Below are positions 9,004-19,035 of a DNA stretch of 23,676 nt, one piece after another. The first letter of the stretch is position 1; every line of letters starts with the position of its first letter. Origin of the DNA: Emiliania huxleyi CCMP1516. Its lineage: Eukaryota. The notes beneath the pieces are model-generated. The model worked only from the letters and a program-made list of their open reading frames with translations. It ran no database searches and had not been told where the DNA came from. The stretch is taken from assembly GCF_000372725.1 (NCBI RefSeq), contig NW_005201613.1, positions 340,290-363,965 on the forward strand, given 5' to 3'. The position numbers were made by a program, and so were the translations under genes.

Positions 9004-11485
9004 TCATGTAGATGATGAGCCTTCGGCGCGAACTTCCCACCACCCCAATGCCGAGGACGCCGCGACACCCATTGCGACACCAGTGCTAGTGGCGGTGGCG
9101 GCAACGCGGGACGCGAGGGGCGACAAGCCATTCTCGCCCGGGAGGGTGCGGCACAGGTGCTGAAGCGGTGTCTTGGCGCGCTTCCGACTTTGTGTCGACT
9201 CGCCGACGCCGCACTCGCATAGGGACTGCGCGGTGGGTCGGGCAGGGGAGGCCACGGTTATCAGGCCGCGAGGCGTGTCTGACGCTCTCGCTGCCATCTC
9301 ACGGGCGATCTCGGCGCAATCTCGGCGAGGCCTCGCCTCCTCGACAAGGCGCACGAACTGGGACGAGGAGAGGCCGCCGCCGCTGTGCCGCACCAGCCTG
9401 CCTAGCCCCACCTGCTCCAACCCGCTCATGAGCTCCGCCTCATCGACTACGCCATCGCCGTTGACGTCGATCGCGTCAAAGTACCGCTGCAGCACCGGCC
9501 GCAGCGCGGCGCGGGCGGCGTCACCGCGCCCCGAGCGGATCAGGCTCGACTGCGAGAGAGTCCACTCCACCAGCTCCTCCGCGGGCGACACTTGCGGGCG
9601 CGCCCCCCGCCGTGAACTGGCTGAGGTGCCCACCCAGCCTGTGAGGCTCTCCTCTCTCAGGCTGTCCGGCCGCGCCGCCTGCGGCACCAACTCTCCGACG
9701 CCGTTCGCGAAATAGTCTGCGACGTCCGAAGGGTAGTGGCGCTGGGCGTCGAGATTGTGGCAGCCGCTCAAAACCAAGCACGTGCGGAAGCCGGCGGAGA
9801 GGCCTGGGGGGGAGGGGGGGGGGGTATGCCACGGTGCAGAGACGCCACGAGGGGTTAGTGCTCGAGCCGGCAGAGGCCACCGAGGCCATGATTTCAGGGT
9901 GCAATGTTTTGCTTACTACTACACGCGGAGCGCAGCGACGCCTGCGCGGATGTCGGTGTCGAAGCGGTCGCCCACCATGCAGATTGTGGACGGGTCTCCG
10001 TCGTGGCCCTGGGCGACGAGCATCTGCCGCGCCCGCTCCATCATGTACTCGCCGCCCCTGTTGCCGCCCTTGCCCGCGCACGCGACCGACTCGCTGCCCG
10101 CAGGGTACATCAGCGTGCGCATCATCCCGGCGAACATCCCGGGCCTATGTTTAGCCATTCGAGACGTGGTGAGAGGGTGTCGCTCGTTCATGTACAGTTG
10201 CTTGCTACTGCCGGGCCCGGGCAGCGGGAAGACGAGGCCGGGGTGGTCCGGGTCGACGGAGGGGTTGTACGCGTCGTCCGCTGTGTAGACGAGCTGCGCG
10301 CCGTGCGAGAGCAGGAAGCCTGCTCGAGGGTTAGGGTCGGGGGCGAGAGGGTGTGTGTGTGGGGGGGGGGGGGGGGGGGCGTTAGAGCAGGCCGAAAGCC
10401 TGCAATCTTGATGACCTCGAAGCTCCAGTCCTTGGTCTCTGAGCCGGAGCCGCCCACCTCGCCGTCGTGAAAGAACACGACCCACACCGCCTTTGATGCA
10501 GTGTGCCGGCAGAGCGCCTGGTGCGCCGCCCACGCCTTGGCCTCGCCAGCCGACAGCGAGGTGCGCACGTCCCACGTCCCAACCAGCGCCGCGCCCTCGG
10601 CGCCGCCGCGCGAGAGGAGGTCCTCGCGCCACGTGCCGCTGCCGCCGGACACGACGAAGAGACGCGCGCCGCGGGGCACCTCCTTGAGCAGGTAGTCGAC
10701 CTGTGTCTCCGCGGCGGTGAGGATGCACGAGAGGGGCACCTAAGGCAAGGTGTGGTAGACTTCGCAACTCCAGGGAGCCCCAGGACGGCATTCAAGGCGG
10801 CGCACCTTTTTCTCGCTGAGCTCAAACGGCGGCGAGCCGAACTTCTTCTGCACGCCGCCCGAATTCTTGGCGCCCGTGTTGGAGAGGAAGACGTGCGGCG
10901 TACGCGAGGCATTCAACCAGTCATAAAAGGCGGCGGCACCGGGGAGGAGGCCCTCGGGTTCGTACATCGTCCTATTCGGAGGGCCGTGAGTCCGAGAGGT
11001 GCCAATTGTGGCCTCCTCCGCCGCCCCACTGCGACTCTCCCGTCCAGGTCAATGAGGAAGCCACGGATGGGCGAGCGATCAGGGTACTCGGCCGGAGTCC
11101 CGGAACGGACAGGGGGCGCAGGAGCCCGCCCCCCGCCCCAAGGCCTCGCAACGATTGCGGAGGATGAGTATTCGGAGAGATAGTCGTGGTGCGCCCCGTC
11201 GCCCGCGCTCGGGCTCTGAGCCGCCGCACTTTCTCCCGCGCTGGCGGCGCAGCAGGGACTCGTGACGGTGTCCGGCATCCGCTGCGCCACGCTGAGCATC
11301 TGGATAATCTCGGTCAACTCGCTTATCGGCGCGTTCCCGGCGTTGACTGCCGAGATCAGCGCCTGGGCCGCCACGCGCAGCTGGTCTCGACTGTCTTCTC
11401 GCTGCGCCTGGTCCAACTGGTCCAATACTGGCTCGCTGCGCGTGCGAACGTGCCGACGAAAACTGGGAAGGGAGATGCGCCGCAT
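9004..11485 (-). CDS. HAD-superfamily class IIA (NagD/PGP-like) phosphatase with C-terminal EF-hand. Introns 10972-11039, 10740-10805, 10320-10399, 10145-10216, 9804-9941. 3' end uncertain.
   Basis: Spliced motifs GFLIDLDGTMY (motif I), FLSNT (II), PLPGPGMF, GK, MVGDRFDTDIRAGLSAGFRTCLVLSG (IV). EF loop DVNGDGVVDEAE. Candidate ATG at 11485. Confidence 0.88.
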
Positions 11486-11539
11486 GGAGGCACAAACAAG
11501 GTGAATTTGGAAAGTGACGAAGGGCGCCGTCCACAGCCA

Positions 11540-11878
11540 TGGAACGCGCTGCGTTCGGTCCGCTTCGCGTGCGGCCACGCGCTGTACTGCGAGACGTGTG
11601 CGCCGCGCGTGCTGGAGCGCGACAGCAACTGCCCGGCCTGCCGCCAGCCGGCGCTGCCCATCGCCGCAACTGGGCGGCTGGTGGCGGCGCAGACGACGTT
11701 TGTCCACCAGCCGCCCTCGCGCCCCGCGCCCCAGGCTCAGCCCGTGGGCGCCACGGCGGCGGTCGGTGGGCGAGGCGGGCGAGGGGGGCGCAGTGGGCGA
11801 GGCGGGCGAGGGGGGCGTGGACGTGGCGGGCGCGGTGGGCGGGGCGGGCGGGGCGCGGGGCGCGGCGGCTCTGCTTAA
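11540..11878 (+). pseudogene. C-terminal part of a C3HC4 RING finger followed by an RGG-repeat tail
   Basis: WNALRSVRFACGHALYCETCAPRVLERDSNCPACRQ lacks the first CxxC. It is followed by GGRGGRGGRSGRGGRGG.. and stop TAA at 11876-11878. Confidence 0.8.
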
Positions 11879-12199
11879 AGCCGTAGTGTTGGTTTTAGTT
11901 CCTCTTTTACTTCCCATGGTTCATGACTCTCAGTACGACCAGACGTCGTGGTCAGGGCGCGAATACATGGATGCCGTTTGCGCTGCAGCGACTGTCGGTG
12001 CAGCTCTGGTGTCTGGACAGCGCTCGCGGACGAGGTTAGCGCGCCATTGCCCATTGGTGCACGGCGTCCTCACAGACACACAGAGCACAGCCTTGTTATG
12101 AGAAGAAAATACGTCCTATGGCGCTATGCGCTGGTCTGTGAGAGGTTGACATCACCGTTGTCAACGCCGTCGTAGCGACCAACAGGGTCCAAGACCTTG

Positions 12200-12600
12200 C
12201 GGCGAAGTACAACGGCTACAACGCACCAGTCGGAGGCATCAAGTGCCCCATTGACGGCTGCAACCACACCCTTCCCGGATCGGCGACACCTCGCCGAGCA
12301 CTGCGCTGCCGCTCACCCATCCTCCGCCGACACCGACGATGCGCTAGCCGACCACGCTTTCCACCGATGCGACATCTGCAGCGGGGTGTTCTGCGTGCTC
12401 CCGCGACCAACCCAGAATGGGAACTCAGGCTGGCTGAACCATTGCACGAGCGGCGACATCACGCGCAGGACTGCTCACAAAGAATTGCAGATCGCGGCCA
12501 AGACGTGGAAGGAGGCGGAGAAACGAGCGCGGTCTGCGGTCGCCGCTCGCGCCAAGCCGGGCACCCTCGGCTCCTGCCTCCCCTGCTGCGCCCCCGCCCC
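12200..12600 (+). pseudogene. Frameshifted C2H2 zinc-finger fragment, possibly the 5' remnant of an R2/CRE-type non-LTR retrotransposon ORF
   Basis: Removing one C near 12271 gives C-PIDG-C-NHT-F-PDRRH-L-AE-H-CAAA-H, a canonical C2H2 spacing. A second CDIC..F..H motif follows. No reverse transcriptase seen. Confidence 0.55.
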
Positions 12601-12632
12601 CATCCCCGCCCCCGCCCCCTCTGGCAGCCCCC

Positions 12633-13175
12633 ATGGTGGAGCTGAGCTGCGATTTTGAGGTCGGAACTTGCGCCTGGACCGACACCGCGCCGGACGGGTA
12701 CTCTTGGTGGCGCACGATCGGAGGCACGGGATCGTCCAACACAGGCCCGAGCGGCGACCACGCCACTGGCTTGGGCTACTATCTCTACACCGAGGCCAGT
12801 AGTCGCTTCAACAAGCTGCACCAGCTCGAGAGCCCGCTCTTCTCGCTCCAGCAGAAAGCCACCCTCTCCTTCTTCTACCACATGTACGGCTCGGACATGG
12901 GCACCCTCTCCTTCGAGGCCTACAACAGCGAGACGGGCTGGTCGTCGCTCTGGAGCAGGGCTGGCGACCAGGGCAATAGCTGGCTCGACGCGGCAGTCGT
13001 CCTGCCCGCCTCGACGACGCAGGTGCGCTTCAACGGCCGGACGGGACCGGGCTACAGGTCGGACATGGCGCTGGACGACATCTCCTTCTCGCAGTTTGCG
13101 CCTCCGTCTTCCCTCCCGCACGTCCAAAGGCACTCCCCGCGCACGCCCTGTTGTCGTCTCTGCAGTAGACCGTGA
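12633..13175 (+). CDS. MAM domain, probably a fragment of a larger extracellular protein
   Basis: SCDFE..TCAW, TGPSGDHATG.GYYLYTEAS, LESP, LSFFYHMYGSDMGTL, W...GDQGNSW, SDMALDDISF. No signal peptide. Confidence 0.88.
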   Translation: MVELSCDFEVGTCAWTDTAPDGYSWWRTIGGTGSSNTGPSGDHATGLGYYLYTEASSRFNKLHQLESPLFSLQQKATLSFFYHMYGSDMGTLSFEAYNSETGWSSLWSRAGDQGNSWLDAAVVLPASTTQVRFNGRTGPGYRSDMALDDISFSQFAPPSSLPHVQRHSPRTPCCRLCSRP

Positions 13176-13513
13176 ACTGCACAGTAGAACCTCCGCGGCC
13201 GAAAGCTTCTGAGTTGTACCCCGTCACCGGGTTGCCACGGAGCGCGGTGAAGTCTTCCCCATCGATCTCGAAATACTTTAAATTTGGGTGATCTGCGAAC
13301 TCACCCCACATCTCGATTTCGCCGCTCTCGCCGCGAACGCTCGAGAACCTCTTCTATCACGTCCCAGCGGAGGTTGACATAGCCTGCTGTTGCGCAGTCC
13401 TTCAGCACGACAGTCTCGCCCTCGCCAATTCTCTTCCTCCCAATGTCTTCTGAGCAGATGACGTCGGCGATCACCACAGACAGCGAGAGCAGCAGGATTG
13501 CTGCCGCTCTCAT
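13115..13513 (-). pseudogene. Frameshifted/truncated secreted protein of unknown family
   Basis: Signal-peptide-like MRAAAILLLSLSVVIA from ATG 13513. Coding-like sequence continues in another frame (EMWGEFADHPNLKYFEIDGEDF..) after about 13330 and runs into the end of the MAM ORF. Confidence 0.5.
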
Positions 13514-14387
13514 TCTACAGCAAGAGTAGTTCGATGTGCGCCCCCTGCCGGCAGGCGAGATGCGACGAGCTAAATACTTTGTGCAACCTGGGTAACGAAA
13601 GCGAACGGCGGGCGGATCAACCACACTCCACACACTCCACACAATCGAGCGGGCTTCATAAAACGGACAGCAGGCAGAGATGACACCCTGCAGGCGCCCC
13701 CCTCTGTGGGGTCTGGCGGGGGGACGACGCGTGGCCGTGAGCCCAACGGCCGTGGCGCGAGCGCGTGGGGCGTGGGGTGGTCCTCCCGCGCCACTGTTGC
13801 TTGCCGGGCCATCAACGACGCGCGGAGGGATTTTACTTTGTTCCGTGTATTGTTCTGTGTGAAAATCTCAAACCCATCCTAGTACGCGCGCCGCGCTCCG
13901 TCCGGTCGTGCAGACTGCAGATAAAGCAGCCTCCCGGCATAGGCGTCTATTTGTGAGCGTCTTTCTATTTGAGTGGAAAGAGAGAAAAGAGACGTTACGG
14001 CTGGGGACACGTTAGTGACGACGTCGTTACGCTAACGGCTGCGACGACACTAACCTGTGTGCAGTGTGGCACTGTGTGTAGTATATGTACGTTTTTTCGG
14101 CGAGGGGTCGAGCTATAATGGCGTGACGTGCTCAGCGCAATGTCTGAACGGACGTTTTGCTGGCGCAATCGCACTCCTGATACCGTTTGGTGCCCCTGAG
14201 GCTGAGCGCAAATCCGCACAAGACGGCAACCCCGTTGCAGAGCCAGAGGAATTTGCCTCGGCAAGCCCCCGAGACCCAGACTCTTGCCGTGGTATTGCCA
14301 CCCATGCATCCAGGGGTGGCGTTGATGATGCCACGCGTGCAGGCCGTGCGGCTGTGTTGCCTAGTCAGCGCGATCTCGCATCATCCC

Positions 14388-16011
14388 TCAGCCAGCTCTC
14401 TCAAACGCTTCGCACGCGGGTGTGGCGGTACGACCAGCCGTAGAGCCGCTGGTGAAGGTCGCTTGGGGTCCAGCCACCCTTCGCATGATGCGTACCCCCT
14501 CACGATCGATCGGGAAGCGGTACTCCGACACGTGCCAGTCTCCGCGCAGGGGGAGCGCGCTGCCGCACCACGAGCTGTTGGCCGGGTTGGCTGGCTCACA
14601 ATAGGTGACCGTCGCGTTGCGCTGTTGGTATGCAATCAATTCTTGGATGAGGAGAGTGAAGGTGGAGCCGTACGAGCCTAGGAGTGGTTAGCAAAGACAT
14701 GAGAGACAGGGGGTCGACATGGGGCGGTGGTGCATCTGGCGGTGCACGCCGATGAGGTGGTGCGCGAAGGAGAGCAGGTGGATGTCGCGCATCGCCGTCT
14801 CTCCGACGTCCTCGCCGTGCTCTGCCACTTTGTCGGTGGAGGTGGACTGTAGACGCGGTACGGCCACCATCCGCACGCCCCGCGCGCGCAGGAGCTTCAG
14901 GGAGCTCCTCCGGTCGCTGGCCACGAGCAGCACGAAATCGCGCCCGCCGGCAAGCCGCGTGGCGGCGGCCAGCACGTCATCGACAAGCTCGCTGCCATCA
15001 AGGCACGCCATGCGGTGCCGCAAGTGCACGCCTACAGCGGTGCGCGCTTGCGTGCGTGCGGCTGATGCTCCGTGGTAGAGGGTGGAAGACCGACTGGCAG
15101 TGGCGTGAGAGACGTGTGTACGCGTGCGTGCTGCCGACGTGTACGAGAGATCAACGGAAAAGGATGGCGCGTCTCCGTGGCTTCCGTGGCCTCAACTGGG
15201 CTCCGTGCGCACCGATCCTCAGAACCGCCTCGCTCTCGAAAACCGGGTCCGCCCACGTGAAGCGGAAGTGGTGCACAAACGCCGCCCCGTACGCATAGTT
15301 TGGCCCGTGCTCCCAGAGCCGCGAGTCCACCGCCGACCGCCACACACGTGCAATCGCAATCTCCTGTGCAAAGAAGCGCAAATTCTTCCTGTTGCACGCA
15401 AGCATCCCATAGGTGGAGTTGCGAAAGTCGTAGGCACCTCTCTGGACAGCCGTCTCAAAATCCTGCCCACACCAGGTTGTGGCCGACATCGGCGTCGGCG
15501 CAGGCGGCAGCTCTTCATACTCCGCCGTTGCTCGCAGTGCCCCGTCCCAACTTGCAAGCGGTGGACGAAAAAGGGGGACCCGAAAGGCGCGGGCGAGGAG
15601 GATGCCGTTGAGACAGGCGTGCATGATGTTGCCGATATTCTTGACGCGCTGCGTGTACACCGCGCCGAGGCAATCTGGCAGCAGCACGGAGAAGCGCCGC
15701 GGAGTGCTGCACGAGGCAGAGTCGCGTATCGCCGTCTCTTGCAGTCGGCCGAAGGCGTGGGTCCTCTTGCAGGGCGCGCGCACCTGCTCGTCTAGATCGC
15801 CACACGTGCATGACTGGTTCTCGCTCAAGCTTGGGCCGCTCTCTCCGCACCGGACCGCCCTGCCATCGCACAGGAACCTGCCGCGGCATCCTTGACTGAC
15901 CCAGACAGATGAGGCGCGGCCCCGCCCGCTTCCGACGCAGCCAAAGGTGCTACCCACGGAGCACCGCGCGAACCGGCTGCTTTGGCGCTCGAGCGACACG
16001 GAGCAAGCCAT
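14388..16011 (-). CDS. Fucosyltransferase-type GT-B glycosyltransferase with N-terminal Cys-rich DUF3011-like module. Exons 16011-15213, 15031-14750, 14677-14388.
   Basis: N-terminal VSLERQSS..C..GSTFG..VWVSQGCRGRF. NIGNIM..L.GILLA. Spliced RIGVHLRH, LLVASD and AMRDIHLLSFAHHLIGSYGSTF match the motifs shared by alpha-1,2/alpha-1,6/O-fucosyltransferases. Introns 15032-15212 (GT-AG) and 14678-14749 (GC-AG). Confidence 0.8.
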
Positions 16012-16104
16012 TCTCAGACGCCTGCTTGGATACTCACTCGCCGGACGCGCAGAGTTGGCCGAAATATGCCCGGCGGAAACCCTCTCGTGATTTTAGCTTT
16101 AGGA

Positions 16105-16781
16105 CTAGATGTGGCCCTTGGCGGGCCCCGCCCCCAATGGGGGCGGGGTTGAATGGGCTACAGGCTAGCCTGTAGCGCTGGCGTGGCGTTGACATGAGCA
16201 CAAAGTTGCTAATGTGCGTAGTAGGGTTGAATTCGTCCACGTAAGGCTTGGGGAGTGCTTGGGGTGGCCGCAGGCATCCCCAAGGGAGTCGCAGCGGTGC
16301 CCCAAAAGCAGCTTTTAGCGATTGTCGAACCTCGAAGCGCGTTCGTTTGAAGAAAGGCACACGGTACTATCGCCTATCGGGCCACGGGTGTCGGGTCACC
16401 GGGAAACGAAAATTCGACACTTTGAGGGGTGAGAGCATAGCTAGAGTTAAGCCCTTGAAGGGCCCCGCCCCCAATGGGGGCGGGGTTGAATGGGCTGGCG
16501 CTGGCGTGGCGTTGACATGAGCACGAAGTTGCTAATGTGGGTAGACGAACAAAAAGTAGGGTTGAATTCGTCCACGTAAGGCTTGGCCTTGGGGACTGGT
16601 TGGGGTGGCCTCAGGCATCTCCAAGGGAGTCGCAGCGGTGCCCCATAAGCATCTTAGCGATTGTCGAACCTCGAAGTGCGTTCGTTTGAAGAAAGGCACA
16701 CGGTACTATCGCCTATCGGGCCACCGGTGTCGGGTCACCAGTACTAAACAAAAATTCGACACTTTGAGGGGTGAGAGCATA
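16105..16781 (-). mobile_element. Two tandem, diverged ~335-bp units (16105-16439, 16441-16781) with Helitron-like 3' ends
   Basis: The units align along their whole length. On the minus strand each ends in the hairpin CCCCGCCCCC-ATT-GGGGGCGGGG, then 17-18 nt, then CTAG (16105-16108, 16441-16444). The duplication is certain, the Helitron call is inferred. Confidence 0.6.
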
Positions 16782-17790
16782 CAGTATTGTGGCATATCAT
16801 GTCACATAAGGTCAAGCTTGACCGCAGAAGCATCAAGAAGCGGATACTCCAGCTCGACTGTGCCGGCAACGCTGCCTCCTCACGCCGGCTGGCTGCCAGC
16901 AGCCGTCGCGGCCCGTGGCGTGCACCAGAGAGGGAGAGAGGTCGAGTCCGCGTGGCTCAGGCCGGCCAGAAGGTGTGTGGCGACGGCACCGTGGCAGGAG
17001 TGCGGAGAAGAGCTCGCCGAACGCGAGCAGCGGAAGGCCGAAGTGTGCCAGCGCGAGAGCCTCGCGAACGGGTGCAGAAAAAGCTCGCCGTGACACGATG
17101 CCGGGCGGTGGTGGTGCTCTGGCGGCTGTGCACAGTGGGAAACGTCAGGCTGCAACAGGGCAGCACGATGGTCGTGCCCCGCTGCAGCCTGGCCTGACAT
17201 GCACAGGGCGAACAGAGACGGTACTATCGCCTGGCGCTCGTCTGGGCAAACTTTGACCGCCGCCCGGCTCGCAACGAGCACGCAGCGACAAAATGATGAC
17301 CGTGTCGAAGTTGAGGCTGGTCGAGAGAAAGAGGCTGCCATGCGAGCCGGCAACTGGCTGGCTCGGCGTGGACAGCCGGCGGCGACTTTTTGCCGAAGAG
17401 CGTGCCTGCCGAAGAGCGAGTCTGACTCAAAGTGCACGGAGTGGGCGCCGCCGACCGTCGGGAGGAGTCCGATGGGTGCCAGGACGATCCAGAGAGCGAT
17501 GAAGGCGCAAATTGCGCCGCCGAAAGTGGCGGTAGAGGCCAGGCCGTGCGCGTGGGCCGGTCGGGCCACGTCCCGGGGCGAGCGATCGAGGGCCGCGGGG
17601 CTCGCCCCGTCGGCCGAGCGGTGCGAACGGCCGGTCGCCCGCTTCGGGTTGGACCCGCCGGGCGGTCCGGCGGCGGATTGCACGGCCGGGCGGGCCTCCG
17701 GGAGGCAGGCGGGGCCGCGACAGGCGGCAGGGCAGAAATCCCATTCGGAGAGCGTGTAGCGCGACCCGGTTGCTACTTTCAATGATAGGG

Positions 17791-18090
17791 ACATGCACAT
17801 GTACATGTACATGTGAGAGAGAGAGATTTCTCATTAAGCTAAAGTGCAAGGACGGAATTTTTAGCTTACTGGGAGCATGTACGTACTTTTAGCTTGTGAG
17901 TGAGTATTCTTGATACGAAACCACGACGACACACACCAGTCGACTCGCATCGGTTGCCTCCATGAACGGCGGAGCTATTCTCGCGCCCACACCACACCTG
18001 GCTCCAACGTGGACACGCCCATAGCTGGGGACACTACTAGGTCACACTACTAGGACACACACACACACACACTCACGTACTTTTAGCTTG
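17791..18090. repeat. Cluster of short repeats
   Basis: (ACATGT)n at 17791-17814. Inverted repeat TAAGCTAAA/TTTAGCTTA at 17835-17868. ACGTACTTTTAGCTTG at 17881 and 18075. ACACTACTAGG twice at 18031-18054. (CA)n run. Confidence 0.8.
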
Positions 18091-18180
18091 CGTCCGGGAA
18101 TTTTTTTCCTCGGCCGGGCACCAAGCCTTCGATGGCGGCCTCGCCCGCCATCGACCCGGGAGAGTCGCTCGAGGCTCTCT

Positions 18181-19035
18181 TCAAGCGTGCACGCATTGCC
18201 GACAAGTTTTACCGCAAGTGCGAAGGGAAGCTCGAGGACCTTGCTTCTCGAGGAAGTCGTCGTCCATCTGCTGAATGCCAAAGTCAAAGTGGTAAGGCTG
18301 GCCGGCAAGGTTGGTGCAGATCCAGTTGCCCGCGACATCGTAGCATTCCTCGCTCCGCCAGTCAGTCTCCTTGTCGGTGTGGCTGAACTGGCCCAGGTGC
18401 AGCGAATCGTACGGGACCGTGACTGCGCCCGCGCCCGGGTAGCCAGTGTACGGCACGGTGGGGTCGACCAGGAAGGACTTTGCGTCCGTGATGTTGTGTC
18501 CGGCGTAGCCATTGGCGTTGATCGGCAGGCCCTTTGTGAGGCTAGAGTCCAGCTTGAACGGCAGGCACCACTGCCAGTTGTTGCCGTATGCATTCCGGTC
18601 CTCGCAAGCATCAATCACCACGACCTTGACCTCGTGCTGCTTGAAAGGTGCCGACGGCGTTCCGTCGGAGGTTGTCTTGCGGCCGTAGATGTTGGGCTCG
18701 TCGCGAGTGGTCAGCTTCCAGCACTTGCCGCACCCGCCCTTCCCGTTGCCGCAGTTGGATGTGTACGGCTTGCCCATGGCCGTGGCAGGCGTCGAGTCCC
18801 CGGAGGCGGTCGCCGTGTTGATGGAGAGGAACGGCGTGAGCATCCAGTCCGGAGTCGCAACGGCGACGTAGCCGTGCTTCTCGATGAGCGTCTTGCTGAG
18901 CGGCTCGCCGTTGCAGTTGCACGCGGTGTTGGAGCCAAAGCCAAAGTCTGTCGTCGACGCCAGGATCTTCGGCGTGCCGACAGGAGCGGCGGCGGTGAGC
19001 CCGAGTCCGATGGCGATGGCGAGCGTAGCTTGCAT
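18181..19035 (-). CDS. Secreted GH45 (subfamily B-like) / expansin-like double-psi beta-barrel protein, probably 3'-truncated near 18243
   Basis: Signal peptide, then STT....ACNC, GCGKCWKLT, VVVIDAC...NWQWC and CTNLAGQPYHFDF. The usual C-terminal W.NP.V...V.C segment is absent. Confidence 0.8.
   Translation of the reverse strand: MQATLAIAIGLGLTAAAPVGTPKILASTTDFGFGSNTACNCNGEPLSKTLIEKHGYVAVATPDWMLTPFLSINTATASGDSTPATAMGKPYTSNCGNGKGGCGKCWKLTTRDEPNIYGRKTTSDGTPSAPFKQHEVKVVVIDACEDRNAYGNNWQWCLPFKLDSSLTKGLPINANGYAGHNITDAKSFLVDPTVPYTGYPGAGAVTVPYDSLHLGQFSHTDKETDWRSEECYDVAGNWICTNLAGQPYHFDFGIQQMDDDFLEKQGPRASLRTCGKTCRQCVHA

Noticed and set aside
10327..10340. Telomere-like AGGGTTAGGG
   Set aside because: Only one full unit, inside an intron.
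16880..17812. 310-aa minus-strand ORF
   Set aside because: It starts in an (ACATGT)n repeat and has no identifiable domain. It may hide a decayed gene but cannot be supported.
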